DNA of 64,000 bases from Dehalococcoidia bacterium (lineage in GTDB: Bacteria > Chloroflexota > Dehalococcoidia > UBA2979). The stretch spans positions 2,496,001-2,560,000 of the forward strand of contig OZ253555.1 in the NCBI GenBank assembly GCA_965262725.1, written 5' to 3'. Positions 19,140-28,624 of this stretch are shown here, piece by piece (positions within the stretch are counted from its first letter, which is position 1; each line of letters opens with the position of its first letter). Below the pieces are notes generated by a model. The model was not told where the DNA came from and did not search any database. It worked only from the letters and a program-made list of their open reading frames with translations. Made by a program: the position numbers and the translations under genes.

Positions 19140-19738
19140 CCGGCGAGGGCCGCTTCGCGGTGCTCGCCTCGGCCGTGGTCGTGGCCGCGGCGCTCGTGGC
19201 CGTGCTGCTCGCCCTGGGCGGTGGCGACGGCGAGCAGCACGCGGGGGCGCCCGCCGGGGCGGTGCCGGTGGCCGCGGTGCCGCCGGCGCCGAAGGCGCCG
19301 CCGACGACCGCCGTGCCCACGCCCACGCCGGCGCCGGCGCCGGCGCCGGCTCCCTCCGTCGAGGAGAAGGTCGAGGCCGCCTACCTCGCGTACTGGGACG
19401 CCTACGCCCTGGCCGCCCTCTGGCTCGACGCCTCGCTCATGGAGGGCTTCGCCTCGGGGGAGGAGCTGCGGCGGATCCGCGATGAGGTCGCGTTCCTGAG
19501 GGAGAGCGGCGTGGCGCTTCGGGTCGTGGTCGAGCACGACCTGCTCGTCGTCGTGACCTCCCCCGCCTCCGCGGTGGTCGTGGACCAGGTCACGAACAGG
19601 AGCTTCTACGTCGACCCCGTCAGCAAGCAGCCGCCGAGGGCGGAGGGGGGCGGCGAGGAGCTCCGCGACACGGTGTTCATGGAGAAGGAAGGTGAGAGAT
19701 GGATCGCAACCGGCAGCCAGCGGGAAGGCACGCGGTGA
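19136..19738 (+). CDS. Membrane-anchored exported protein with a Pro-rich linker
   Basis: N-terminal TM helix, PTPTPAPAP linker, VEAAYLAYWD domain, overlapping both neighbours. Confidence 0.75.
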   Translation: MTGEGRFAVLASAVVVAAALVAVLLALGGGDGEQHAGAPAGAVPVAAVPPAPKAPPTTAVPTPTPAPAPAPAPSVEEKVEAAYLAYWDAYALAALWLDASLMEGFASGEELRRIRDEVAFLRESGVALRVVVEHDLLVVVTSPASAVVVDQVTNRSFYVDPVSKQPPRAEGGGEELRDTVFMEKEGERWIATGSQREGTR

Positions 19739-20664
19739 TGCACCCGCGCGGAGCGGCCGCCGCGCTGTACCTGTTCGCCCTCATCGTCCTGGGCCTCGCG
19801 TGGGCGGGGGCCGGCACCGCCCACGGGGAGGTCGCGCCGGTTCCCGGCGAGGACGCCCGGCCGATGCCCGACCGGCCCGAGAGCACGGTCGAGATCAGCG
19901 TGGAGTCCGGACCCGACGGCGTGACGATCTATATAGAGAGCGAGACGGTGACTCCCGGGGACCCCGGCACGCCCGGCACCCCGGGCACGCCCGGTACGCC
20001 GGGGTCGGACGACCCTCCGAGCTGCACGGCCGCGCCCGTGAACGTCGGCGACAGCAGCACCGGCTGGGTGGCGGAGGGCATGGAGGCCAACCCCGGCACC
20101 TTCCCCTGGGCGGCGACCTGCGACAACGGCTACTTCGGGATCGCCTGGGTGCCGACGGGAGCGGGCGCGCCCGACGTCGTCGTCGGCGAGCCGCCGATCC
20201 CCCCGGTCGACCCGGAGCTGGTCCGCGCGTCGGCCTTCCGCATCGTCGGGCTGCCGCAGGTGTCGGTCGGCGTGAACCCGAACACGGGCCTCGTCGCGAT
20301 GCCGGCGTGGTTCTGGGTGCGGGGCTACTCGGGCGGGACGCTGAGCGGGTCGAGCGCTCTCGACCGCTCCATGGTGGAGGTCGAGATCACTCCGACGGGC
20401 TACCGCTGGAGCTTCGGCGACGGCGCGTCGCTGTACACGGGCTCGGTCGGGCGGGCGTACCCGGCGGAGAGCGACATCCGGCACAGCTACGGACGCTCCT
20501 CGCTTCAGGCAGGCGGCGCCTTCTCCGTGCGCCTCCAGATCACCTGGAGCGCCCGCTACAGCGAGAACGGCGGCCCCTGGCTGCCGCTCGACCCGATCTC
20601 GCGCACCTACACGCGCTCCTACCCGGTGCAGCAGCTGCAGTCGGTGCTGACGGCTGTCCGCTAG
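19738..20664 (+). CDS. Secreted protein with a PKD-like C-terminal domain
   Basis: Signal peptide, PGT repeats, GLVAMPAWFWV, YRWSFGDG, HSY...ITWSARY. Confidence 0.78.
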   Translation: MHPRGAAAALYLFALIVLGLAWAGAGTAHGEVAPVPGEDARPMPDRPESTVEISVESGPDGVTIYIESETVTPGDPGTPGTPGTPGTPGSDDPPSCTAAPVNVGDSSTGWVAEGMEANPGTFPWAATCDNGYFGIAWVPTGAGAPDVVVGEPPIPPVDPELVRASAFRIVGLPQVSVGVNPNTGLVAMPAWFWVRGYSGGTLSGSSALDRSMVEVEITPTGYRWSFGDGASLYTGSVGRAYPAESDIRHSYGRSSLQAGGAFSVRLQITWSARYSENGGPWLPLDPISRTYTRSYPVQQLQSVLTAVR

Positions 20665-20683
20665 CGGACGGGGAGGGAGTGAG

Positions 20684-23600
20684 GTGGCAGGCGTGGTGAG
20701 GCGGCAGGGGAGCGGGGCAGGCCCCCGGCGGCGCGGGGACGCGGTCGGGACGCTCGCCCTGCTCGCCCTGCTCCTCGGGGGCGCGGCGCTGGGGTACGTG
20801 CTGCGGGAGCTCGCCGGCGGACCGCGGGCGCCGGACGGCGCGCACATCCGCGAGGTGCTCTCGGGCACGGAGCTCGCCGACTCGGACGTGGTGGCCGCCA
20901 CGGCCGCCCTCGCCTGGCTCATGCTCGCGTACCTCGCGCTCAGCGTCGGGCTGCGGCTTGCGCTGCTGCTCGCCGGCCGGCTCAGCGGCGGGGCGCGGTG
21001 GGCGCGCACGGCCCTGCGCCTCAGCAACCTGGTCACGATCCCGGCCGTGCGCCGCCTCGTGGACGGGGGTGTCGGGGGAACGCTGCTCGCGGCGAGCTGG
21101 CTGCCGCTTCCCTCGCACGAGGGGGGCGCGGCCGGCATCGCGTATGCCGCCGCGGCGGCGGCGCCGCCGCCGCTCGTGGCGTGGGTGGACGCTCCGCCGC
21201 CTGCCGCCGAGGCCGCGCCCGAGGCGCCGGCGCCTCCGTGCGTGCTCTACACCGTCGCGCCCGGCGACGACCTGTGGGAGATCGCGCGGCGCTGCTACGG
21301 GGACGGCAGCCGCTTCGTCGAGATCTTCGAGGCGAGCCGCGGCCTGCCGATGGAAGGCGGCGAACGCTTCAGCGACCCGCGGGTCGTCCGGGCCGGCTGG
21401 GTGCTGCGCGTGCCGCTGCCCGCGCTGAACGTCGACGCCGAAGGCGACTCCACGACCTACCGCGTGCGCCGCGGCGACCACCTCTGGGGGATCGCCGAAC
21501 GCTTCCTCGGGGACGGCTTCCGCTGGGTCGAGATCTGGGAGCGCAACAGCGGACGCGAGGTCGACGCAGACTCGCGGCTCACCGACCCGAACCAGATCTA
21601 CCCGGGATGGCTGCTGGAGCTGCCGCTCCGGGACGGCGCGGCGATCCTGCGGGCAGAGGCCCAGGCCCCGGCAGCACCCCCCGCGCCCCTCCCGGTGGAG
21701 AGCGCGGCGCAGCCGGCCTTCGCTGACGCCCCGGATGGCGCAGCCGTCGGCGCCGGCACCGCGGCGTCCGAGGGCGCCGCCGAGGACGCCGACGCAGACG
21801 CCGCGCGCGGCGGTGGCTGGGACTGGGAATGGCCGCGGCTGCCGCGAACGGTCATCTGGAGCGCCGCGGGCTTCGTGGTGATCGGCGGCACGGCCATCTT
21901 CGTGCAGCGGCTGCACCCCGGAAGCCTGCAGCGGCTCCGCCGTGGCGCGGGCCGCGGCGGGGACGGTCCGGGCGACGCCGGCCGCGTGGCGCTCGCCACC
22001 GGGGCGCTCGGGACGGCGCTCGCGGACCTGGGCTTCGCCGACTCGATGCCGCTGCTCGTGATCGAAGGGGGCTCGGGGCTTGAGTTCACGGTGGCGTGCC
22101 CACCCGGTGATGCCGGCGCCCTCCTCGCGGCGCGCCATGACCTCGAGCGCCGCCTCGGCTGCGATGTTGAGGCGGCCGCGGAGGGACCCACGCGCGTCGC
22201 ACTCACGCTGCGTGCGTCCGGGCGGCCTCCGGGCGCGCTCGCCGAGGCACCGTACGCGGCGCCGGCGCTCGTCGTGCCGGTCGGCGCGAACGATGCGGGC
22301 GTCGTCTACCTCAACCTCGCGGCCGTTGGCACCGTGACCGTGACCGGCACGGCCGGGGAGCGGCGAGCACTGCTGCGCTCGTGGGTCGCGACGCTCCAGA
22401 CGACCTGCGCCCCGGACGAGCTCTCATTCCGCGTGGACGCCGCCGCCGCCGGGCTGCTCGATTCCGATGCGGGTCTCCTCTACTTCGGCGGCGCGGCCGG
22501 CGCCCCCGACGCCGCGGACCTGGCGGACGAACTGGATGAGATCATCCAGAGCCGGAGCTCGGGGCATGGCGTGAGGCGGCCACTCGTCGCCGTCTTCGAT
22601 CCGGCCGGGAGCGGTGGGGACGTGCCCGCCGGAGCGATGCGCTACGGGCCGGCGGCCGGGGTCTTCGTGATCTGCTGCCTGCCGCCGGGCGAATCCGCGG
22701 ACGACCTCACGGACTCCGGAGCGCTGGTCGCCTTCGGCGCCGCGGGAGACGGAGCGGACGGGGACGCGGACGCAGTCCCGCCCGGTGCGATCGTCCTGAG
22801 GACCGGCCGGGACGAGCCGCTGCTGCTCGAGCCGGTGCACGTGCGGCGAGATACGTCGGCCAGGTGGAGCGAGAGCGCGGACCCGGCGGCGCCGACAGAG
22901 GTGCTCGGCCGGATGCCCGAGGATCTGCCGCCTCCCCGGGAGCCGGACGCGCGCCCCTCGGCCGACGGACGACCGCGGAGCGGCGACGATCGCGAGGGCA
23001 GCGCCGACGATCTGGGCGCCGCCCTCGCCCACCCGGTCATGCCCCACGACCCGCTCGCCGGGTTCTCAGCGAACGACCCGCTCGCCGGGTTCTCAGCGAA
23101 CGACGGCGGCGGGCAAGAGGCCGTGGCCCGTGCGCCCGTCCGACCAGGCAGCGAGCCCGAGCCGGATCGTTCCGAGCCCGTGGGGCCCGCGGTCGAGCAG
23201 GATGCCGAGTGCGAGGCCACGCGGGTGCGGTCGACCGTCCCCCCGGAGCAGCCCGAAGAGGATGTCTCGCCGCAGGCCGGTGAGGCGCCCGGCGAAGCGA
23301 TTACCTCCGGCGAAACCCCGCGGGACGAAAGCCCGGTGACGCTGCCGGAGCCGCAACCCGTGGCGGCGGCGGACGGCATGAGCCGGCCCGAGCAGGCGAT
23401 CCGTCAGTCGGCGCTGCTCACTCACGCCGACCTCGCCCCGGCGGCGGAAGATGACCCGCCCGCCGCGCAGGCGGTCTTCACGGTGAATTGCCTCGGCCCC
23501 TTCGAGCTGCGGTTCGGAACCACCCCCGTCGCGGGCTGGCCCATAGCGAAGTCCCGCGAACTGCTCGCGTTCCTCGCCACGCAGGGCGGAAGGCCCGTAC

Positions 23601-24241
23601 CGCGCGAGTCGGTCGCGGAGGCGCTGTGGCCGGACTCCCCCTGGGACGCGAGCCTCCGGCACACCATCGCGAATGCCGTGAGCAGCCTGCGGGGAGTCGT
23701 GCGGTCCGCGGCGGGCAGCGACGAGCTGCAGCCGGTCGTGACAGCCCGCCAGCGATACGAGCTCCAGACCGCCCTCTTCCGCATCGACCTCGACGAATTC
23801 GAGTCCGCGCTCAGGCGCGCGGCGGCGCTCACCGACGTGGACGCGCTGGCCGAGTACGAGCGTGCCGCGGCGCTCTGCCGGGGAGATTTCCTCGCGGGAG
23901 AGCCGTTCCCGTGGCTCGATGCCTACCGCGCCGATTACCGCCGGCGAGCGGCCGAAGGGGCGAGCCGCGGCGCGGCGATCGCCGAACGGCTCGGGGAGCG
24001 GGAGCGGGCGGCGCTCCTCTACGGGGTGGTCCTGGAGCAGGATCCGACCGACGAGGCCGCCGCGCGTGGACGGATGCGCCATCTCGCGGCGTTCCGGGAC
24101 ACCAACGGGGTCCGCAAGGTCTTCAAGGCGCTGACCGAGGCGCTGCGGCGGGAGCTGGACGACCCGCGGGCCGCGCCCGCCCACGACACGAGGGAGCTGC
24201 TCGCCGAACTCCTGGCCCGGGAGCCGGGAGCGGTGGTGTGA
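20684..24241 (+). CDS. Membrane protein with two LysM domains and a C-terminal wHTH/BTAD regulator domain
   Basis: YTVAPGDDLWEIARRCYGDG and YRVRRGDHLWGIAERFLGDG...DPNQIYPGW. TM helices. C-terminal CLGPFEL..KSRELLAFLA..EALWPD..CRGDFL..QDPTDE. Confidence 0.9.
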   Translation: MAGVVRRQGSGAGPRRRGDAVGTLALLALLLGGAALGYVLRELAGGPRAPDGAHIREVLSGTELADSDVVAATAALAWLMLAYLALSVGLRLALLLAGRLSGGARWARTALRLSNLVTIPAVRRLVDGGVGGTLLAASWLPLPSHEGGAAGIAYAAAAAAPPPLVAWVDAPPPAAEAAPEAPAPPCVLYTVAPGDDLWEIARRCYGDGSRFVEIFEASRGLPMEGGERFSDPRVVRAGWVLRVPLPALNVDAEGDSTTYRVRRGDHLWGIAERFLGDGFRWVEIWERNSGREVDADSRLTDPNQIYPGWLLELPLRDGAAILRAEAQAPAAPPAPLPVESAAQPAFADAPDGAAVGAGTAASEGAAEDADADAARGGGWDWEWPRLPRTVIWSAAGFVVIGGTAIFVQRLHPGSLQRLRRGAGRGGDGPGDAGRVALATGALGTALADLGFADSMPLLVIEGGSGLEFTVACPPGDAGALLAARHDLERRLGCDVEAAAEGPTRVALTLRASGRPPGALAEAPYAAPALVVPVGANDAGVVYLNLAAVGTVTVTGTAGERRALLRSWVATLQTTCAPDELSFRVDAAAAGLLDSDAGLLYFGGAAGAPDAADLADELDEIIQSRSSGHGVRRPLVAVFDPAGSGGDVPAGAMRYGPAAGVFVICCLPPGESADDLTDSGALVAFGAAGDGADGDADAVPPGAIVLRTGRDEPLLLEPVHVRRDTSARWSESADPAAPTEVLGRMPEDLPPPREPDARPSADGRPRSGDDREGSADDLGAALAHPVMPHDPLAGFSANDPLAGFSANDGGGQEAVARAPVRPGSEPEPDRSEPVGPAVEQDAECEATRVRSTVPPEQPEEDVSPQAGEAPGEAITSGETPRDESPVTLPEPQPVAAADGMSRPEQAIRQSALLTHADLAPAAEDDPPAAQAVFTVNCLGPFELRFGTTPVAGWPIAKSRELLAFLATQGGRPVPRESVAEALWPDSPWDASLRHTIANAVSSLRGVVRSAAGSDELQPVVTARQRYELQTALFRIDLDEFESALRRAAALTDVDALAEYERAAALCRGDFLAGEPFPWLDAYRADYRRRAAEGASRGAAIAERLGERERAALLYGVVLEQDPTDEAAARGRMRHLAAFRDTNGVRKVFKALTEALRRELDDPRAAPAHDTRELLAELLAREPGAVV
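23046..23104 (+). repeat. 27-bp in-frame tandem duplication (DPLAGFSAN x2)
   Basis: ACGACCCGCTCGCCGGGTTCTCAGCGA repeated exactly at 23046 and 23073. Confidence 0.9.
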
Positions 24242-24795
24242 CGGGTCACCTCGCGGGCGGGCGCCCTGCGTGGCTGATGAGGGCCCGGGAGCCGTGGGCC
24301 GCGTACCCGGTGCTCGCGGGAGCGGCCCTCCTGACCGGGGCGATCCTCGGGATGCGCGGGCGGGAGCCGGCGGAGATCGCCTTGGCGTCGGGCTTCAGTG
24401 CGATCTTCATGGCGCTGGCCTGGTCGGACCTCCGCCGCCGCCTCATCCCGAACCGGATCGTCTACCCGGCGCTGGTCCTGGCGCTCGCCGTCTCCGGCGC
24501 CTGGCCCGACCGCGGGGTGGTCGAGGCGCTCACGGGCGGGCTCGGCGCGCTCACCGTCGCGATCACCATCCGCGGACTGAGCGGGGGTGGACTCGGCGGC
24601 GGGGACGTGAAGATGGCCGCGCTGACGGGAGTGGTCGTTGGCTATCCAGGGGTGCTATCGGCCGGCCTCGTGACCGCGATCGCGGGAGGCGTGACGGCCG
24701 CGATGCTGCTGGTCACCCGGCGAGTCGAACGGGGTGGCCACGTGCCGTACGGGCCGTGCATCGCGCTCGGCGCGGTCGTTGCGTTGCTGGGCTGA
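24238..24795 (+). CDS. Prepilin peptidase, A24 family (TadV/CpaA-like)
   Basis: SDLRRRLIPN, GLGGGDVKM, VPYGPCI, with a GTGA overlap. Confidence 0.9.
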   Translation: MTGHLAGGRPAWLMRAREPWAAYPVLAGAALLTGAILGMRGREPAEIALASGFSAIFMALAWSDLRRRLIPNRIVYPALVLALAVSGAWPDRGVVEALTGGLGALTVAITIRGLSGGGLGGGDVKMAALTGVVVGYPGVLSAGLVTAIAGGVTAAMLLVTRRVERGGHVPYGPCIALGAVVALLG

Positions 24796-24997
24796 GCGCT
24801 CGACGTGGCCGCATGTGCCCCGCCTGTGAAGTCGAGGTGCAGGAGGTCGACGCGTCGGAACTCCTGGGAGAGCCGCGGCAGTTGCTCCGGCTGGCACAGC
24901 TCAAGCACCTGCCCGGCGGCCGGCTACATGGACGACGCGTACATGGCGCGGCGCCGCGGCGCCGCGCTGCACTTCCAGGTGCGGTGCTATCGCCTGC

Positions 24998-25764
24998 GTC
25001 TCAACGAAGGCCGAGGTTCGCACCCCGGCGACACGCGAGTGCGCGGGCTGCGGCCGGGGCACCGTCAACGTCGCTCAACGAAGGCCGGGGTTCGCACCCC
25101 GGCGACACCTCCATCCACGGGATCGTGAGCGCGTCCGTCACGTCCGCTCAACGAAGGCCGGGGTTCGCACCCCGGCGACACATCCCCAGCATCACGCGCG
25201 TACTCCTGCGCGGCAGTGCGCTCAACGAAGGCCGGGGTTCGCACCCCGGCGACACCCTCGCGGAGCAGGGCGCCCGCGCACAGGTCGCAGACCGCTCAAC
25301 GAAGGCCGGGGTTGGCACCCCGGCGACACGGAGCGGAGCGCGCCGACGCGCTCGTTCACGCAGCTCGCTCAACGAAGGCCGGGGTTGGCACCCCGGCGAC
25401 ACCCGCATCCTCCACGCCGGGGAACAGGCGGGCAGCGTCGCTCAACGAAGGCCGGGGTTGGCACCCCGGCGACACCCGGACTCGAACTCGATATCGCCGC
25501 TCTCCCAGACCGCTCAACGAAGGCCGGGGTTGGCACCCCGGCGACACAAGATGATGGCGCGCTTGCCGGCCGCATAGCGCATCGCTCAACGAAGGCCGGG
25601 GTTGGCACCCCGGCGACACCACCACGACTCGGACACGACGTCCTCGGTGGACAGCGCTCAACGAAGGCCGGGGTTGGCACCCCGGCGACACCCAGACGAT
25701 CGGCATCGGCGAGACGCTGCAGGGCACCGCTCAACGAAGGCCGGGGTTGGCACCCCGGCGACAC
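24998..25764 (-). CRISPR. CRISPR array, trailer-side segment (11 repeats)
   Basis: 37-bp repeat, minus strand GTGTCGCCGGGGTGCCAACCCCGGCCTTCGTTGAGCG, with 35-37 bp spacers. The terminal repeat at 24998 is degenerate, and the first four repeats carry a loop variant. Confidence 0.97.
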
Positions 25765-25859
25765 CTCTAGCAGGGTCGGGAAAAAGGCCCCCTTTGGCGC
25801 GGCCACGGAGCGAATCACCGCCAAGAGGGCGTATGCGGCGTCATTTCGGGGCCGATTCT

Positions 25860-27277
25860 AGTAGCGTCCCAGCAAGTGGTGTCACAGGCGGGGAGACGGT
25901 CTCCGCAGGGGGACCTACTACCGACCACGGTGCCCATGCAGGTGGACGTAAGAGACCACCGCATCATCCTTCACGAAGTTATGACGAACGTGGAGGAGGA
26001 CGACGGTGGTCAGAGAGAGCGTGGACGTGTTGGAACTGCTCCGCAAGCAGGCATCGGGAGCTGACCTCGATTTCCTGCGCGAAGCGGTGGCTGTGCTCGC
26101 CGAGGCGGTCATGGACCAGGAGGTCTCGGCGCAGGTCGGCGCCGGCTACGGTGAGCGCAGCGAGATGCGCACCACCCGGCGCAACGGCTACAGGCAAAGA
26201 CGCTGGGACACGCGGGTGGGCAGCATCGACCTGCAGATCCCGAAGCTCCGCCAGGGGTCCTACTTCCCGGCGCTGCTCGAGCCCCGGCGCCGCTCAGAGC
26301 GCGCCCTGCTAGCCGTCGTCCAGCAGGCGTACGTGGAGGGCGTCTCCACACGCCGCGTCGACGACCTCGTGCGCTCGCTCGGCTGCGAGGGCATCTCCAA
26401 GAGCCAGGTCTCGCGTATCTGCTCGGAGCTCGACACGGTCGTCACAAGTTTCCTCGGCCGGCCCCTGGACTCCGGCCCCTACCGATACCTCTGGCTCGAC
26501 GCGCTCACCCAGCGGGTGCGCGAGGAGGGCCGCATCGCCCAGGTGAGCGTCGTCGTCGCCACCGCGGTCAACGTGGAGGGGAAGCGCGAGGTGCTGGGCA
26601 TCGACGTCGGTACCAGCGAGGACGGGGCCTTCTGGCTGGCATTTCTCCGCGGCCTCGTAGCACGAGGGCTCTCCGGCGTGGAGCTGGTGACCTCCGACGC
26701 CCACCAGGGCCTGAGGGGAGCGATCGCGACCGTCTTCGGCGGCGCCTCCTGGCAGCGCTGCCGTACCCACTTCATGCGGAACCTGCTCACACGCGTGCCG
26801 AAGAGCGCCGAGGCGCTGGTGGCGACGACCGTGCGCACCATCTACCAGCAGCCCTCGGCCTCCGAGGTGCACGCCCAGCACACGCGGGTCGTGGAGCAGC
26901 TCGGTGCGCGCTTCCCGCAGGCCGCGGCGATGCTCGCCGACGCCGCGGAGGAGATCCTGGCGTTCACGGCCTTCCCGGTGGCGCACTGGCGTCAGGTCTG
27001 GTCGAACAACCCCCAGGAGCGCCTCAACAAGGAGATCCGCCGGCGCACCAACGTCGTCGGCATCTTCCCCAACCGCTCAGCGGTCATCCGGCTCATCGGT
27101 GCGGTGCTCTCCGAGCAGCACGACGAGTGGGCCGTGGGGCGGCGCTACATGACGATGATGACGCTGCTCGCCCCGCCGGGGAGTGAGCTCACGCCGGGCA
27201 AGGAGGTGCTGCTGCAGGCTGCCGGCTAAGAACTGATAAGGATGGTGCGCAGTGACACCACTTGCCGGGACGTGACC
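25860..27277 (+). mobile_element. IS256-family element nested within the IS5
   Basis: 25-bp imperfect TIRs (AGTAGCGTCCCAGCAAGTGGTGTCA / TGACACCACTTGCCGGGACGTGACC) and an 8-bp TSD CCGATTCT at 25852-25859 and 27278-27285. Confidence 0.93.
26006..27229 (+). CDS. IS256-family (Mutator) transposase
   Basis: RNGYRQRRWDTRVG, YVEGVSTRRV, YLWLDA, VTSDAHQGL, WQRCRTHF, NPQERLNKEIRRR. Confidence 0.96.
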   Translation: MVRESVDVLELLRKQASGADLDFLREAVAVLAEAVMDQEVSAQVGAGYGERSEMRTTRRNGYRQRRWDTRVGSIDLQIPKLRQGSYFPALLEPRRRSERALLAVVQQAYVEGVSTRRVDDLVRSLGCEGISKSQVSRICSELDTVVTSFLGRPLDSGPYRYLWLDALTQRVREEGRIAQVSVVVATAVNVEGKREVLGIDVGTSEDGAFWLAFLRGLVARGLSGVELVTSDAHQGLRGAIATVFGGASWQRCRTHFMRNLLTRVPKSAEALVATTVRTIYQQPSASEVHAQHTRVVEQLGARFPQAAAMLADAAEEILAFTAFPVAHWRQVWSNNPQERLNKEIRRRTNVVGIFPNRSAVIRLIGAVLSEQHDEWAVGRRYMTMMTLLAPPGSELTPGKEVLLQAAG

Positions 27278-27343
27278 CCGATTCTGGCCCCCTCCGGGGC
27301 TCTCTCACCCCGTCCGGGCGCCCCGGGACCTACTCCGGGCGCA

Positions 27344-28420
27344 CTACGCCCGTGACAGCGCGGCGTCGATATTGGCCACGCGCACCAGGTTGTACGCGGC
27401 AGCGCCCATCTCCATCCAGAAACCGTTGACCTGTTCGCCGATGTAGCGGAGCTTGCGCCCGCCCCCCACGGTCTTCAGCCACCCGAAGCTCTCCTCCACC
27501 ATCTTGCGCCGGCGCTGACTCACCTCGTAGCCGGGCGTCTGCGCCACCTCCTCGGGGATGGCGCTGTGCTTCGCTCGCCGTGCCACGTGCGGCACGACCC
27601 CGAGTTCGCACAGCCCCTCCACGAAGTGCTTCGCGTCGTATCCCTTGTCGGCGCCCAGCGTCGCCCCCGGTGTCAGGCTGCGCTCGGCCATGGCCAGCGC
27701 CGCATCCCGCTCCGCCCGCCCGTGCGCCGTCGTGAGCTCGACGTCGACGATGAGCCCGTTGCGGTTCTCCGTCATCACATGCCCGATGTAGCTCGGGCGC
27801 GCCGCCTGCCCGTTCCCCTTCCGGTACAGGTGCGCGCCGGGATCGGTCGTGCTGACGTGGGTGTCCCGGTGCCGGCGCTCGCCGCGGAAGTCGACGTCCG
27901 GATTGCGGCCCGCAGGCTTGTCCCCGTCCTGCTCGTCGCGTGACCGGTAGCTCTTGTGCGACGCCCACGCCTCGAGCTGCGACCCGTCGACCGTGAAGTG
28001 CTCCTCGGACAGCAGGTTCCGCTCCCTCGCCTCCCTCACGACTTCCTCGAAGAACCCCCGGGCGATGTCGCCGTCAAGGAGCCGGGAGCGGTTCTTCGAG
28101 AACGTGGAGCGGTCGAAGGAACCGGGGTCTCCCGGGAGGTCGAGGAACCACTTGAACGCCATGTCGGACCGCAGCCGCTCGCAGAACTGGCTCTCGCTAC
28201 GAATCGAGAAGAAGGCGATGAGGAGTGTCGACTTGAGCAGCGTCTCGGGCGGAATCGACGGTCGCCCGGACTCGCTGTAGAGACCGTCGAAGCGCGGGGA
28301 GAGATTGGCGAGCGCCCGGTCGACGATGGGCTTGATGCGTCGGAGCGGGTGGTCGCTGGGGACGAACATCTCCGGGCAGGTGAGAGTGGCGCGGCCCTGG
28401 TCCTCGCTCTGTCCTCGCAT
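27344..28420 (-). CDS. IS5-family transposase
   Basis: VPSDHPLRRIK, GRPSIPPE, FTVDGS, STTDP, LGADKGYD, RKMVEESFGWLK. Confidence 0.95.
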   Translation of the reverse strand: MRGQSEDQGRATLTCPEMFVPSDHPLRRIKPIVDRALANLSPRFDGLYSESGRPSIPPETLLKSTLLIAFFSIRSESQFCERLRSDMAFKWFLDLPGDPGSFDRSTFSKNRSRLLDGDIARGFFEEVVREARERNLLSEEHFTVDGSQLEAWASHKSYRSRDEQDGDKPAGRNPDVDFRGERRHRDTHVSTTDPGAHLYRKGNGQAARPSYIGHVMTENRNGLIVDVELTTAHGRAERDAALAMAERSLTPGATLGADKGYDAKHFVEGLCELGVVPHVARRAKHSAIPEEVAQTPGYEVSQRRRKMVEESFGWLKTVGGGRKLRYIGEQVNGFWMEMGAAAYNLVRVANIDAALSRA

Positions 28421-28460
28421 CGATATCCTCCCTCGTGGGGGTCCCTCTTGTATGATCGTT

Positions 28461-28489
28461 AGTATACTCGTCTTATCAGTTACAGTCGA
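28461..28489 (-). promoter_or_regulatory. Putative sigma70-type promoter of the IS5 transposase
   Basis: Minus strand TCGACT-N17-TATACT, upstream of a GGAGG RBS and the ATG at 28420. Confidence 0.55.
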
Positions 28490-28624
28490 CCACTACCTGG
28501 GGCTTCTGACAGCTACCGGGGGCGTTTGTTGCACCCGCGGGGCACCGCCGGCCATGCTCCGGGCACCCAGGGAGAAAATCACAACCCTGCTAGGGTCCGT
28601 GCCGGTCAAGTGCCGACGGTCGGG

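Larger units (their letters stand above)
25771..28589 (-). mobile_element. IS5-family element inserted in a CRISPR spacer
   Basis: Ends CAGGGTCGGGA and TCACAACCCTG, CTAG duplicated at 25767-25770 and 28590-28593. Removal restores a 37-bp spacer. Confidence 0.88.

Noticed and set aside
23046-23104. 27-bp tandem repeat as a regulatory or array element
   Set aside because: Two in-frame copies inside a disordered linker, an ordinary slippage duplication.
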